DNA of 64,000 bases from Bacillota bacterium (GCA_012727955.1 JAAYGB010000053.1:589-64588), one strand, 5' to 3'; positions 19,747-29,233 are shown, counted from the stretch's first letter. The notes: generated by a model not told the origin, from the letters alone. Numbers and translations are program-made.

Positions 19747-20838
19747 ATGGAATACAAACTAGATTGGAGCAAGTTTTGGCGGGACAATGCCGAGAGTCTG
19801 CAAAGGCCCTTTTCCACCGACAAACCTATGGTACCGGTGAGTCTGTCAATGGATGACCATTGGCTCTTTGGCGAAATGCAGATTCCCTCCACCGTCCGCT
19901 ACTTCAAGGATCTGGACTACCGCGAGGAAATCCACAAACTCTGTAACGATCGCATTGAAGCAGAATTAGGTTATCGTCACTTTCCCGAAGTTATTCCCCG
20001 CAAGAGTGTAAAACGGCTGGAGGAGGTCTTTGAGAGTCGCCAGGAGCTCACTGAAGGGGGAACCCCTTGGCTGGAGTCTGACGTCAAAGACATCGATGAT
20101 GTCAAGGCCCTGTTAGAGCGGGTAAAGAAACTTAATTTGAAGGACTTTGTCTTCCCTGAGGGCTGGGCCCAGAGTGCCCAGGAGTATGAAGAGCGGGCCG
20201 GATCCCCCCTCCGCCTGGGTGCCGGCAACCGTGGTCCCATTACCATGGCTACATCCATCCTGGGAACCATGCCCTTCCTCACCTTTACCATGGACTATCC
20301 AGAAGTGATGGATGATTTCTTCAAGCTACTAACGGAGAAGTTAGTGGAGTACATTAGGCTGTTGCGGGAAGAAACCGGCGTTCCCGACACCGGCTATTGG
20401 ATTACTGACGACAACTGCTGTCTGGTCTCCCCTGAGCAATATGACCGTTGGGGAGCACCGATGTTGGCCGCCGCCTTCAGGGAATTTGCTCCAGAACCGG
20501 AGCACCGTCGCCACCATCACTCTGACAGTGATATGGCCCATCATATGCCCACCCTCAATCGCCTAGGAGTAAATGAGGTGAATCTTGGGCCCAATATCGA
20601 TGCCCGGGATATTCGGGCGGCAATGCCCAGGGCTGTTATCTTCGGACAGATTCCACCGATGCTGTTGCGTAACGGGTCTGAAGAGGAGATTATCGCCGCG
20701 GTTCGCTCCGATATCGATAAGGTGGGAGCCGATGGCGGTCTGGTGATTGCCACCGCCGGCAGCGTATCTGAAGGAACCAGCCTTCGGAATATCAAGACGA
20801 TGCTCTACGCGGTGGACCAGTACGGACGCTACAAGTAG
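19747..20838 (+). CDS. uroporphyrinogen decarboxylase (URO-D)-family protein of unknown specificity
   Basis: A C-terminal pattern (GQIPP.., GGLVIATAGSVSEGTSLRNIK) resembles the URO-D/MtaA-CmuA family. The N-terminus is divergent. Confidence 0.5.
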   Translation: MEYKLDWSKFWRDNAESLQRPFSTDKPMVPVSLSMDDHWLFGEMQIPSTVRYFKDLDYREEIHKLCNDRIEAELGYRHFPEVIPRKSVKRLEEVFESRQELTEGGTPWLESDVKDIDDVKALLERVKKLNLKDFVFPEGWAQSAQEYEERAGSPLRLGAGNRGPITMATSILGTMPFLTFTMDYPEVMDDFFKLLTEKLVEYIRLLREETGVPDTGYWITDDNCCLVSPEQYDRWGAPMLAAAFREFAPEPEHRRHHHSDSDMAHHMPTLNRLGVNEVNLGPNIDARDIRAAMPRAVIFGQIPPMLLRNGSEEEIIAAVRSDIDKVGADGGLVIATAGSVSEGTSLRNIKTMLYAVDQYGRYK

Positions 20839-20888
20839 ACGCCTGAGATGATGAAATAATCCTATCGGTCTGGTGAACCGGCTGAAAA

Positions 20889-20934
20889 GCTGAGGCGACG
20901 GAGCCCTTCCTCCGTCGCCTCAGCCGTTTTCTCG
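20889..20934 (+). terminator. rho-independent terminator
   Basis: GCTGAGGCGACGG-agcccttcct-CCGTCGCCTCAGC followed by CGTTTTCTCG. Confidence 0.7.
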
Positions 20935-20979
20935 ATCCTGTTACCAGTTCTCTCCTGTCCACATTGCCCTTGCTCTTGA

Positions 20980-21654
20980 TCAACCCCGGGACTTCATCGC
21001 CTGGACAAATCGGCGAGTGATATCCTGGGGCCGGGTAATTGCAGTGCCAACGACAACGGCCAATACCCCCAGATCCAGGGCTGTGACCACCTGCTCCGGT
21101 GTCCAAAATCCTCCCTCAGCAATCACCGGCACCGACAAAGACTTCGTCAATTGCTCAATCAAGGGAAAGTCTGGCTCAGAACCATAGCTCCCTTCTTTGA
21201 AGGCGAAGGTGGTGGCCACCAGGTCCACACCCAACTCTTCAGCGTCTTTTCCTTCGTCGACGGTGGCGATATCGGCCATCACCAGAAGGTCCAGCTCCTC
21301 CTTGATCCGGGGGATCAGCTGGGCCAGGTCCTCACCAAAGGGCCGATTGTGCCGGCAATCAACGGCCACGATATCGGCTCCCGCCTGAGCCACCCGACGG
21401 GCGGCGGCAAAGTCGGGAGTAATGCACAGCCTGCCCTGAGCATCCTCCTGCTTTTCAATCCCAATCACCGGCAGCTGTGTGGTCTCCTTAATAACGGCAA
21501 TATCCTGGGCTCCATTGGCCCGGATTCCTGCTGCCCCACCGATCTTGGCGGCCCAAGCCATTCCAGCCATCAGCCAGGGACCATGCAAGGGCTCATGCTC
21601 CAGGGCCTGGCAAGACACGATCAATCCGCCTACTAGTGACGTTAACACCGACAA
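20980..21654 (-). CDS. nanE: N-acetylmannosamine-6-phosphate 2-epimerase
   Basis: GGLIVSCQAL..EPLH.., IRANG and DCRHNRP regions match NanE. A TTG start lies 9 nt after the AGGAGG RBS; the longer ORF to 21726 lacks an RBS. Confidence 0.75.
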   Translation of the reverse strand: MSVLTSLVGGLIVSCQALEHEPLHGPWLMAGMAWAAKIGGAAGIRANGAQDIAVIKETTQLPVIGIEKQEDAQGRLCITPDFAAARRVAQAGADIVAVDCRHNRPFGEDLAQLIPRIKEELDLLVMADIATVDEGKDAEELGVDLVATTFAFKEGSYGSEPDFPLIEQLTKSLSVPVIAEGGFWTPEQVVTALDLGVLAVVVGTAITRPQDITRRFVQAMKSRG

Positions 21655-21737
21655 CAGCAATGACCTCCTATCCCCATGCCATAGGATGAAAAAGACCCGC
21701 TGCGATATCTCTTGCAGCGGGGGCATCCCGTCAATAC

Positions 21738-22154
21738 CTATTTGGCTATGTTTAGTCCCTCGATTGCCGGGGCAGTCCGACTCTGCGGGTCCTTGCCCAA
21801 GGCCTCCCAGGTATCCCGCAACTCCTCTAACATTCCAATCACTTCATCGACAGGCTCTACTTCCTTCTGGATATTAGCCTGCACCAACCGCTGATCCATG
21901 TAGTCATACAACTGCCCCAGACTATCGGCAATTTCCCCACCGGCCTCCCGATTCAGGGAGAGACTCAACTCGGTAATGATGTCCTGGGCCTTAATCAAGG
22001 CACGATGAGCAGGCTCCACCTGCTTCTCCTCTAACGCAACTCGAGCTTGCTTCAGGAAGGTAATCGCGCCGTTGTAGAGCAGAATGATCAGCTCTAGACC
22101 CGAAGCTGTCGTGATTTGAGTCTGCCGATACGCTTGATAGGGATTGGGTTTCAT
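21738..22154 (-). CDS. fliS: flagellar export chaperone FliS
   Basis: NPYQAYRQTQITTAS N-terminus; 138 aa. Confidence 0.8.
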   Translation of the reverse strand: MKPNPYQAYRQTQITTASGLELIILLYNGAITFLKQARVALEEKQVEPAHRALIKAQDIITELSLSLNREAGGEIADSLGQLYDYMDQRLVQANIQKEVEPVDEVIGMLEELRDTWEALGKDPQSRTAPAIEGLNIAK

Positions 22155-22194
22155 CTATCTGCACTCCTTAGCCCCTGTTTACACCAAACAAACA

Positions 22195-22575
22195 TTAGGC
22201 TCTCTCATCGATAAACAATCCGATTAACTGATCAATCCTCCGGGATACCTCCAAAGCCGCCTCCGGCGGAATCTGTCGGATCACCTCTTGGGTTCTGGTA
22301 TCAATGACTTTCACCAGGAGTTGCTCCATCTCATGATCCAGTTCAAAACTCAGCCGCTTGTGGAAGGTATCCGCGGTCTCGTTGAGTCTTTTAATGACTT
22401 CCCGCACCTTGTCCAGATCTAGATAATACTCTGGATGCTCCAAATTCTCCCCGTTGACCTCTTCTGCCCGTTTTTCCGAGGCAGCCATCGTCTTACTGCG
22501 TTCGCTAATCGGTGAAACTGATGTCATGCGAGCTAATGGCTCAACTCCAACTCTAGTAACCTCCATGTAAGTCAT
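22195..22575 (-). CDS. flaG: flagellar protein FlaG
   Basis: C-terminal pattern ..VKVIDTRTQEVIRQIPPEAALEVSRRIDQLIGLFID typical of FlaG. The N-terminal boundary is uncertain. Confidence 0.65.
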   Translation of the reverse strand: MTYMEVTRVGVEPLARMTSVSPISERSKTMAASEKRAEEVNGENLEHPEYYLDLDKVREVIKRLNETADTFHKRLSFELDHEMEQLLVKVIDTRTQEVIRQIPPEAALEVSRRIDQLIGLFIDERA

Positions 22576-22649
22576 CCCTCGCTTTGTCCGGCGCAGCCCT
22601 CCCGTTGCCGACGCCTCAGTATCTTTGCGAACTGAACAGTTCTCACCAA

Positions 22650-22678
22650 GACTCTGTTACTACCATCGGCAAGAAGGA
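22650..22678 (-). promoter_or_regulatory. sigma-28 (FliA/SigD)-like promoter upstream of flaG-fliS
   Basis: The minus strand reads TCAA-N16-GCCGATGG, compared with the consensus TAAA-N15-GCCGATAT. Confidence 0.4.
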
Positions 22679-22707
22679 GGGTTTCCTTGAACCAAAATCG
22701 AGGCTAA

Positions 22708-23913
22708 CTAGGCTCCCACGGAGGGGTGATGGGCAAACCGCTGGGCCCGAAGCAGGTACAGGGTCAATCCCGCCGCAACGAGGCCGATGATGCCCACGGT
22801 GACAAACCCGCCGGTCAGTCCCAGACTATCACCGATGGCCCCAACTAGAACGGGACCTCCAAACATCCCTAGGGAATAGATTGACTGGAAAAAGCCCATG
22901 GCGGTGGCCCGCTTCGAATTATCAATATAGCGAATGCTGAGGCCCATCAGGAGCGGGAAAATCACACCTCTCCCGAAGCCTGCCAATGCCTGGGTTACAA
23001 ACAGACCCGTTACCGTCTGGCAGAAGGGAATCATCAGCGTGAAAACCGATACCAGCAAAAATCCTGCCGCCACCACCCGCTGGGTGCCAAACCGCTGGGC
23101 CCAGTCTCCGCTTTTGAGGGAGGTAATCGCCGCCGGCAACAGCTGCACCAAAGACAAAATGCTCAGCTGGCTCTTCGACGCCCCAATTCCCATGGCATAA
23201 ACGGGTGTAAAGCCGTGCAAAGTAGAGAAATTCAGCACCTGTACCAAAATCGCTAAGAAGGCTGCGCTTAACAGTATTCTATCGCTGCCAACTTGCAGAA
23301 GCTCCTTAACCTCGATGGGCTGAGATTGGGCCTCCCGATTTTCCCGAATTCCGGCACTGAGAACCAGACCCACCATACCTACCAAACCACCGATGACAAA
23401 GGGAGCGGTCCATCCCAAATAATCCGCGGCAAATCCACCAAAGGTGGTGGCCACCATTTGCCCGATGGAGGAATAGAAGGTGATTACCCCCATCGCCCTT
23501 GGAGCCTCCTCCGGCGAAAAGTAGCTGGAATACAACACCGTAAAGGCTACCCAGGTGGCCGCCGCGGCTCCCGCTAAGGAACGACAAACCAGGACCAACC
23601 AGGGATTGTTAACCAGGCCCATACCCACGGAGCTGATCACTCCCAGGGCCACACCGATACTGACAAAAATTTTACGCCGTCGCAACCGGTCGGAATAGAT
23701 CCCCAGGGGAATTCGCAGCAGCATCTGGGTAAAGCCATAGGATCCCACCACTAGGCCCACCATTTTCAGTGAACCCCCCAGATGTTCCACATAGGGGCCG
23801 AGAATCGGAGCGTACATGTAAATTGAGCACCAATATAAGATGGTAACGGCGTAGATTAGCTTGATCTTCCTGTCCCTGCGCAAGTCACTGGTCAACTCTG
23901 ATATCCTCCCCAT
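22708..23913 (-). CDS. MFS transporter
   Basis: 401 aa with 12 predicted transmembrane segments. Confidence 0.8.
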   Translation of the reverse strand: MGRISELTSDLRRDRKIKLIYAVTILYWCSIYMYAPILGPYVEHLGGSLKMVGLVVGSYGFTQMLLRIPLGIYSDRLRRRKIFVSIGVALGVISSVGMGLVNNPWLVLVCRSLAGAAAATWVAFTVLYSSYFSPEEAPRAMGVITFYSSIGQMVATTFGGFAADYLGWTAPFVIGGLVGMVGLVLSAGIRENREAQSQPIEVKELLQVGSDRILLSAAFLAILVQVLNFSTLHGFTPVYAMGIGASKSQLSILSLVQLLPAAITSLKSGDWAQRFGTQRVVAAGFLLVSVFTLMIPFCQTVTGLFVTQALAGFGRGVIFPLLMGLSIRYIDNSKRATAMGFFQSIYSLGMFGGPVLVGAIGDSLGLTGGFVTVGIIGLVAAGLTLYLLRAQRFAHHPSVGA

Positions 23914-23990
23914 ATTTTCACTGAATCACAATCGGTGGGTTGTCTCCACCAACATCCTCTACTTACACACCGGACCCGGCTTTTCCTTGG

Positions 23991-24518
23991 CTACGGCCAG
24001 GGAAGGCCAAAATCTAGCCCGAAATCTCCCAGCACCACTAGGATTGCTCCTGCCGCCAAGAAGGGCCCATAGGGAATGGTGTCCCGCCGCTGCTTTCGCT
24101 TGGTTACCAACAACCAACCCCCCGCCAGACCTCCCAGCAAGGTCCCCAAGAGCAAGGCCGTCAGCGTCTGGCGCCAGCCTAGGAAGGCTCCGATGAGGCC
24201 CATCAGCTTGACATCGCCCCAACCGATGCCGCCCCGAGACACTGCCGCCAAGGTCCCCATGATGGTAACCGCCAAACTCCAGCCTCCCAGTCCACTCCAG
24301 AAAGAGGCTGTCAGCCACCAGCGGCAGGCCAGTCCCACCACCGTTCCCGAGAGGGTGAGGCGATTGGGCAGCAGACCGGTGCGCAGATCCTCCAGCGACA
24401 ATACCACCAGCCACGACAGCAACAGGGCATAGATGGCTGCCGCCGGTGTCATCCCATACCGCCACCGAACTGCCAACCACAACCCACAGTGCAACACCGC
24501 CACCGTCCACCGAGTCAT
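23991..24518 (-). CDS. short A24-family prepilin peptidase (TadV/CpaA-like, lacking the N-terminal Zn-finger/methyltransferase domains)
   Basis: 175 aa polytopic membrane protein with the conserved Asp-containing segments ..LSLEDLRTGLLPNRLTL.. and ..GGIGWGDVKLMGLIGAFLGW.. diagnostic of A24 peptidases. The overlapping 207-aa ORF in another frame is Gly/Ala-rich noise. Confidence 0.7.
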   Translation of the reverse strand: MTRWTVAVLHCGLWLAVRWRYGMTPAAAIYALLLSWLVVLSLEDLRTGLLPNRLTLSGTVVGLACRWWLTASFWSGLGGWSLAVTIMGTLAAVSRGGIGWGDVKLMGLIGAFLGWRQTLTALLLGTLLGGLAGGWLLVTKRKQRRDTIPYGPFLAAGAILVVLGDFGLDFGLPWP

Positions 24519-24591
24519 TAAGGCACCTCCACCACTCTGGGGACACAGCCGGAGTGAACCCTGGAGCTATATAGTTTTTCACATTGGGGGG

Positions 24592-26010
24592 TCATTGTCC
24601 TGCCCCAGGGCTGCTAAGGAAGAAGCGAAGGCCTAGCTGCCAGTTCCAGGCATCTTCCTGACCAGGACGCTGATACCAGCGGGAATAGATGTCCATTGTG
24701 GGCCAAACCTGCAGACGAGCAACCACAACATGAAGGGGATGGTCGGAAGAAAGCCTGTCCACTGTGTATCCCAGGCTGAGGGCTTGGCCCTGCAGCTCAA
24801 CTCCGGCACTCCAGCGGCTGCCATCAAACTCCATCGAGGAATCCCGATACCAAAGGGGCAACCAGGTCGCCACCAGATAGACGCTTTCTGCGACTTCGGT
24901 GCGATCGGTAAGGCCCAACCACCAAGCGGTTTCCTCCCTGCGGGTTACGCCAGCAGTGAGCTGCAATTGATCCTGCAGCCCAGTATGCAATTGCACCTGG
25001 GACAATCCCCTTGTCCGGTGGGAAATCCGCAGTTGGTTGTTGTCTCCTAAGAAAGCGGTTAGAGACCAAGCCTTAGCGCCATCGCCGGTGTCAAAGCCCA
25101 TCTCTACCGCTGCCAGCTCCCGAGAAGGAGACGATGCAGGCTCCTGCAAAAGAGCCTGTAACCCTTGGAGATCACCGGCAAGCCTCACATCGGAAGGGAC
25201 CGATGGTCTGCCCTGGGATTGAACAGGATGCATCTCAGCGGTGAGATAGCAGAGAAAAACCTCCCTTGAGTTATCACCTTGTCGGGAGGTTAGCCCATCC
25301 TGAGCACGCAAGGAGGCAAGATCTAACAGGGCCACCGCCGTGGGTTGTCCCAGAGGCAGCTTGACTTCAGTGATCAGGCTGGCTTTCTGGCCGGAGAGAT
25401 CCCGAGCCACCAGCTTCATTGAGGTCAATAGGCCATCTAGGGTAACCTGGGTCGGTGTGAGGGTGATGCCCAGTTCCCCCTCTCCCTCCCTTCGACCTAG
25501 GCCCAATTGCCGGTGATTGATGGATACCGGCGTGCCAACCACCGTGGACATCCAAGCGGAATGGGTGGTGGTTCCAGTTTCAAAACCTTCTACTAGCTCT
25601 TCAGGAACTTTCAAGATGACGGCGGAACCCACCTCCACCGGCAGAGGAAGGGGAAGGCTAAGCCGACGATAATCTCTCTCATCGACGCGAAGAAATTCGA
25701 GGGTAAAGCGAACAACGGCCACAGCCCTGGGATCCATCTCCCCGGCGACTAGGGCATCAATTTGCTCCAGCAGCGGTCCGGGCCCCGTCACCAGGATCAG
25801 CCCTGACCCGTGGTCCCATGAGACTTCCACGGGATATTCCGCCACTTGAGCCAAGACCCAGGCAAACTTGCCTCCTGGCACCCGATACACCGCGGTCTGG
25901 TGGTTGAGACCTTCGCGCTGCATAGATACTTCCGAGGCCTCGACCCAACCTGGACCCACCCCTAAGAGTCCAACCAACAAGAGAATCGTCCACAACCGCC
26001 AATATCCCAT
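24592..26010 (-). CDS. signal-peptide outer-membrane protein with a secretin-N-like N-terminal region and a beta-rich C-terminal half (secretin partner?)
   Basis: Signal peptide MGYWRLWTILLLVGLLGVGPGWVEA. The N-terminal ~200 aa resemble secretin N0/N1 modules (..VEVSWDHGSGLILVTGPGPLLEQIDALV..). The C-terminal half has alternating beta-strand character and is aromatic-rich near the end. The ATG follows the secretin TAG stop by 3 nt, in the same frame. Confidence 0.5.
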   Translation of the reverse strand: MGYWRLWTILLLVGLLGVGPGWVEASEVSMQREGLNHQTAVYRVPGGKFAWVLAQVAEYPVEVSWDHGSGLILVTGPGPLLEQIDALVAGEMDPRAVAVVRFTLEFLRVDERDYRRLSLPLPLPVEVGSAVILKVPEELVEGFETGTTTHSAWMSTVVGTPVSINHRQLGLGRREGEGELGITLTPTQVTLDGLLTSMKLVARDLSGQKASLITEVKLPLGQPTAVALLDLASLRAQDGLTSRQGDNSREVFLCYLTAEMHPVQSQGRPSVPSDVRLAGDLQGLQALLQEPASSPSRELAAVEMGFDTGDGAKAWSLTAFLGDNNQLRISHRTRGLSQVQLHTGLQDQLQLTAGVTRREETAWWLGLTDRTEVAESVYLVATWLPLWYRDSSMEFDGSRWSAGVELQGQALSLGYTVDRLSSDHPLHVVVARLQVWPTMDIYSRWYQRPGQEDAWNWQLGLRFFLSSPGAGQ

Positions 26011-26013
26011 AGG

Positions 26014-27234
26014 CTACTTAAGCTCCTCGGCACTGATAAACACCAACAGCTCCCGATCACTGGAAGAATTTGCCGTGGACTTAAGAAGCCACCGGATCAC
26101 TGGAAGGCTCCCTAGGATGGGAACCTTGGCGTCCTTGGTCATGGTGTTTTCCACCGTCAATCCCGACAGGGCTACCACCTCACCGTCGGTGACCTTCAGG
26201 GTTGTTTGCACCTGGTTCTGATACACCGTTGGATCATCCTTCACTTCCGAAATGTGGCTGATCTCCGGGGCAATCTCCAGGAGAATCACTCCCCCTTCCA
26301 GGGCTGTAGGGGTAACCGTCAACCTGACCCCGGCCTCAACGCTTTGATAGCGATGGGTTCCATCGTCGGTTTGCCTGGTGACTAATCTGGTCTCGCCACT
26401 GAATAGAGAGGCTTGCTTACCCTCAGCAACTATGAGGGTGGGATCGGCGTGGATGGCCGCTTCATTTTTCTCCTCCAAAGCAGAAAAGAGGGCAACAATC
26501 CGCTCAAAGGGATCTCTGTATTCCAATCCTACCAAACCGCTTTGAAGCTGCAGCGATGTTGACCAGATCCGGTCCCACAGCCCCTCATCCTTAGAACCAG
26601 TTACCTCAAGGGAGTTGATCCCCCACTGCTGCAAGGTAGCGGTGGCCACCTCGGTGATCAGAGCTCGAATCCGGTATTGGGTGACGGGACGGGGCCGATC
26701 GATCTTGTCAATAAGGGCGGTGATCCGCTGGGCTATGTCCGGGGGAGCAGTCACCAACAGCAGCGATTCCTCCCGGGAAAAGCTGAGGTATTGATCGGCA
26801 TAGGCGGGAAGCAGCTCCCGGGCAGTAGCCGCGGAAATGTGTTTTAGCGAGATAACCCTGGTGTCCACTAGACTGGAAAAGGCCCGATTATAGGGATCGG
26901 GAAGACCAACCAGGTAGAAGTTGCCGTAGTTGCGATAGGCATACCCTCCCGGCAGACACAACATCTGAATAACAGTCTCTAGTGGAACCTGGTCGACGGT
27001 CAAGGTGACAAACCCCTGAACAGTCTCATCGACTAGGATATTGATACCCGTCTGCAGTGCCAGCTCATTGAAGGCCTCCCGCAAGTCCATCTCATAGAAC
27101 ATCACACTGACCAAGGGGGAGGTCATCGGCTCCTGGGCCCAGGAGGCTCCGGCGACCATCACCGCTGTTACCCCAAGGACTAAGAAGAAAATCCAGAAAA
27201 TCGAATTGTACAGAACTCGCAGTTGTTTCACCAT
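26014..27234 (-). CDS. short secretin (GspD/PilQ/RcpA family)
   Basis: Start at the internal ATG (MVKQLRVLYNSIFWIFFLVLGVTAVMVAGASWA signal peptide) with an AGGAG RBS 5 nt upstream. One secretin-N domain (DLREAFNELALQTGINILVDETVQGFVTLTVDQVPLE..). C-terminal secretin domain (..VTDGEVVALSGLTVENTMTKDAKVPILGSLPVIRWLLKS...RELLVFISAE). Confidence 0.8.
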   Translation of the reverse strand: MVKQLRVLYNSIFWIFFLVLGVTAVMVAGASWAQEPMTSPLVSVMFYEMDLREAFNELALQTGINILVDETVQGFVTLTVDQVPLETVIQMLCLPGGYAYRNYGNFYLVGLPDPYNRAFSSLVDTRVISLKHISAATARELLPAYADQYLSFSREESLLLVTAPPDIAQRITALIDKIDRPRPVTQYRIRALITEVATATLQQWGINSLEVTGSKDEGLWDRIWSTSLQLQSGLVGLEYRDPFERIVALFSALEEKNEAAIHADPTLIVAEGKQASLFSGETRLVTRQTDDGTHRYQSVEAGVRLTVTPTALEGGVILLEIAPEISHISEVKDDPTVYQNQVQTTLKVTDGEVVALSGLTVENTMTKDAKVPILGSLPVIRWLLKSTANSSSDRELLVFISAEELK

Positions 27235-27294
27235 CAATTCTCCTTGCCTACCCTCCATCTTCTTGGCAGGCTCATGTAGAGCTTTTGGAACAAA

Positions 27295-28536
27295 CTAGTT
27301 TGCTGTCTCATGCCCAACGAAAACCTCAATTGGTATCCTCTGTTCCTCTAAGACTTCCGTTAAGGTCTGGTCGGTATAGACAATTACTTTTGCCACACCC
27401 CGATAGTGCCCAAAGACAGCATTGGGAGGAATCTGGATGGACAACACTATTCGATTGGGATGGGTCGAGCGCAGTGGTAGCAGTTCGGGACCGTAGACCG
27501 TCACAAAGTCCGCCACCGACAAGGGACCTCCCTCTGGCAGTGATTCAAGCTTTACCTGGGCATACAAGGGCCGTGGACTCAGGTTAGTAATGGTGAGGGG
27601 TTCCATTTGCCGCTGCCTTGGCCTAAGTCTAGCTTCGATTGCCTCTCGATCCAAGGTAATATACTGTCCCGCAACGGCCTGTTGAGATAGATCGGAGTCA
27701 TCATATTGGATGTTGATCGATTGGTTGATGACTCCCTGTCCCCGCTCCGCATACTGCAACAGGGCCCGCAAATGGTATGTACCAGGGGCCAGTGGCCGGC
27801 GGGGACTTCCGGTATAAAGAACCTTAGCACCGGGATAGATCCGAGTTGCATCCTCATTGTTTTGATGCCCCACCAGGGTACGCAGAGCCAATCTTTCAAC
27901 GAGTCGATGATTTTCGTCCCGAATGGTCAACTCAACGGTGGCGGGATAGTCTTGACTCGATGGGTTACTCACCTGCGCGACAAACACGGGATCACCGGCC
28001 TCATCCTGCTCCAGTCTGAGAAAGTCCAGATTGGCTCGAGGAAGATCCGCTGGTCCCGGCACTCGAATCACCACTCGAACGGCGTACCGAATCCGCAATC
28101 CCCCAGGCGGCAACCCGCCAACGGGTTGCGGTTCCACCATGATGATGAGAACGTGACTTCCAGAGACACCAAAGGGCACACTAACCTGCACCTCTATCTC
28201 GCTGGGCTGGTTACCGGCAACCCGCAGAGGCTGAGAAGGAAGCTTGACCCACCGACTGGCAGGAAAGGATTCAGGGTCCCCCTGTTCGAAGGCAAAGCTC
28301 CCGGTGGGCAGCTGCACTGGCCGATAGATGCTGAGATGAATCAACTCTTCTTCACCCGTTGGAGTCAACCTCAAAGTAAAACGAGCAGATTGCCCCGGTC
28401 GCAGATCGAAATCCACGGCAAGGGGCTGCACACCGACACCAAGAGCTACCTCACAAAGAACAAGTACGAAAAACACCGAAAGGATTAGCCCGCACCGATA
28501 CTTAGCTGATCTCACTGCCATCACTCCGGTTCCCAT
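27295..28536 (-). CDS. bitopic/secreted protein with repeated Ig-like beta-sandwich domains (unknown function)
   Basis: N-terminal signal/anchor (..CGLILSVFFVLVLCEVALG). About 380 aa of beta-rich sequence with recurring V/I-x-V and P-G patterns. No recognisable motif. Confidence 0.5.
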   Translation of the reverse strand: MGTGVMAVRSAKYRCGLILSVFFVLVLCEVALGVGVQPLAVDFDLRPGQSARFTLRLTPTGEEELIHLSIYRPVQLPTGSFAFEQGDPESFPASRWVKLPSQPLRVAGNQPSEIEVQVSVPFGVSGSHVLIIMVEPQPVGGLPPGGLRIRYAVRVVIRVPGPADLPRANLDFLRLEQDEAGDPVFVAQVSNPSSQDYPATVELTIRDENHRLVERLALRTLVGHQNNEDATRIYPGAKVLYTGSPRRPLAPGTYHLRALLQYAERGQGVINQSINIQYDDSDLSQQAVAGQYITLDREAIEARLRPRQRQMEPLTITNLSPRPLYAQVKLESLPEGGPLSVADFVTVYGPELLPLRSTHPNRIVLSIQIPPNAVFGHYRGVAKVIVYTDQTLTEVLEEQRIPIEVFVGHETAN

Positions 28537-28552
28537 TGCTGCAACCTCGGAT

Positions 28553-28585
28553 TACTAACAAAAGCGCGGCTTGAAAAAGCCGCGT
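28553..28585 (-). terminator. intra-operon stem-loop terminator/attenuator after the 182-aa gene
   Basis: The minus strand reads GCGGCTTtttcAAGCCGCGC followed by TTTTGTTAGT. Confidence 0.55.
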
Positions 28586-28641
28586 AGTTGTCGCAGTATA
28601 TTGCTGTTTTCACCATCGCTCCCTTGGTTCCTTCAGCGCCG

Positions 28642-29190
28642 CTACTGGGTGATGGCGTTGCTGGCAGCCACTGTAATGATCACCTGGGCATTGTAATTAC
28701 CCGCAGGTTGGTCAGAAATCTCGCGTAATTTAGCCATTGCCGAAATTGTATAATCTACTTTTCCGTCGGACCAATCTTGTGCGGCTTCGCTGGTTCTTGT
28801 GTCTCTGTCCTCATCAGTGTTGAGCTCCATAGCCCAGATATCATCGACACTTGTCCGCGTGATAAGATATCTTACTGGAATGTAGGGGCCCTTTTCGGTA
28901 GAGGTGTAATTGTCGATCTTTCGCAAGGGTTCGGCGCTGACAGTCAGATCAATGGAATGATTGGTTTCTACGGTAAAGGAGACTTTGTCAGACTGCTCTT
29001 CACCTTCTTTACCGATAAAGGTGAATGCAAGACCCTTGTTAGGCTCTGGCTTAACCGCTGCGTATTGTCCAACCCCAGCTGTAACTTCGATAGTTGCAGT
29101 TTTCGGGTCAGTTGGCTGCTCAGCCAAGCCAGTACCTCCAATCGACAATACCATTGCCAGCGCTAAGATCAAACCAATCAATTTTCTCAT
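28642..29190 (-). CDS. small secreted beta-rich protein (candidate fibre/structural subunit)
   Basis: Strong AGGGAGGG RBS. Signal/anchor MRKLIGLILALAMVLSIGGTGLA. The mature ~155 aa are T/V/E-rich with a C-terminal G-N-Y-N-A-Q-V-I-I-T-V motif reminiscent of donor-strand/fimbrial-type subunits. It is followed by a terminator. Confidence 0.5.
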   Translation of the reverse strand: MRKLIGLILALAMVLSIGGTGLAEQPTDPKTATIEVTAGVGQYAAVKPEPNKGLAFTFIGKEGEEQSDKVSFTVETNHSIDLTVSAEPLRKIDNYTSTEKGPYIPVRYLITRTSVDDIWAMELNTDEDRDTRTSEAAQDWSDGKVDYTISAMAKLREISDQPAGNYNAQVIITVAASNAITQ

Positions 29191-29233
29191 TGCTTATTGC
29201 CCTCCCTGTTTTGCCATGCCATATGTAAGTCAA

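Noticed and set aside
23959-24582. 207-aa minus-strand ORF overlapping the prepilin peptidase in another frame
   Set aside because: A Gly/Ala/Val-rich alternative frame of a GC-rich gene. The A24 peptidase frame has the conserved catalytic segments.
28642-29190. The 182-aa protein as a type IV or Flp pilin
   Set aside because: The N-terminus MRKLIGLILALAMVL has no G at -1 with E at +5 and no G/xxxxEY Flp motif. It looks like a standard signal anchor followed by a beta-rich domain.
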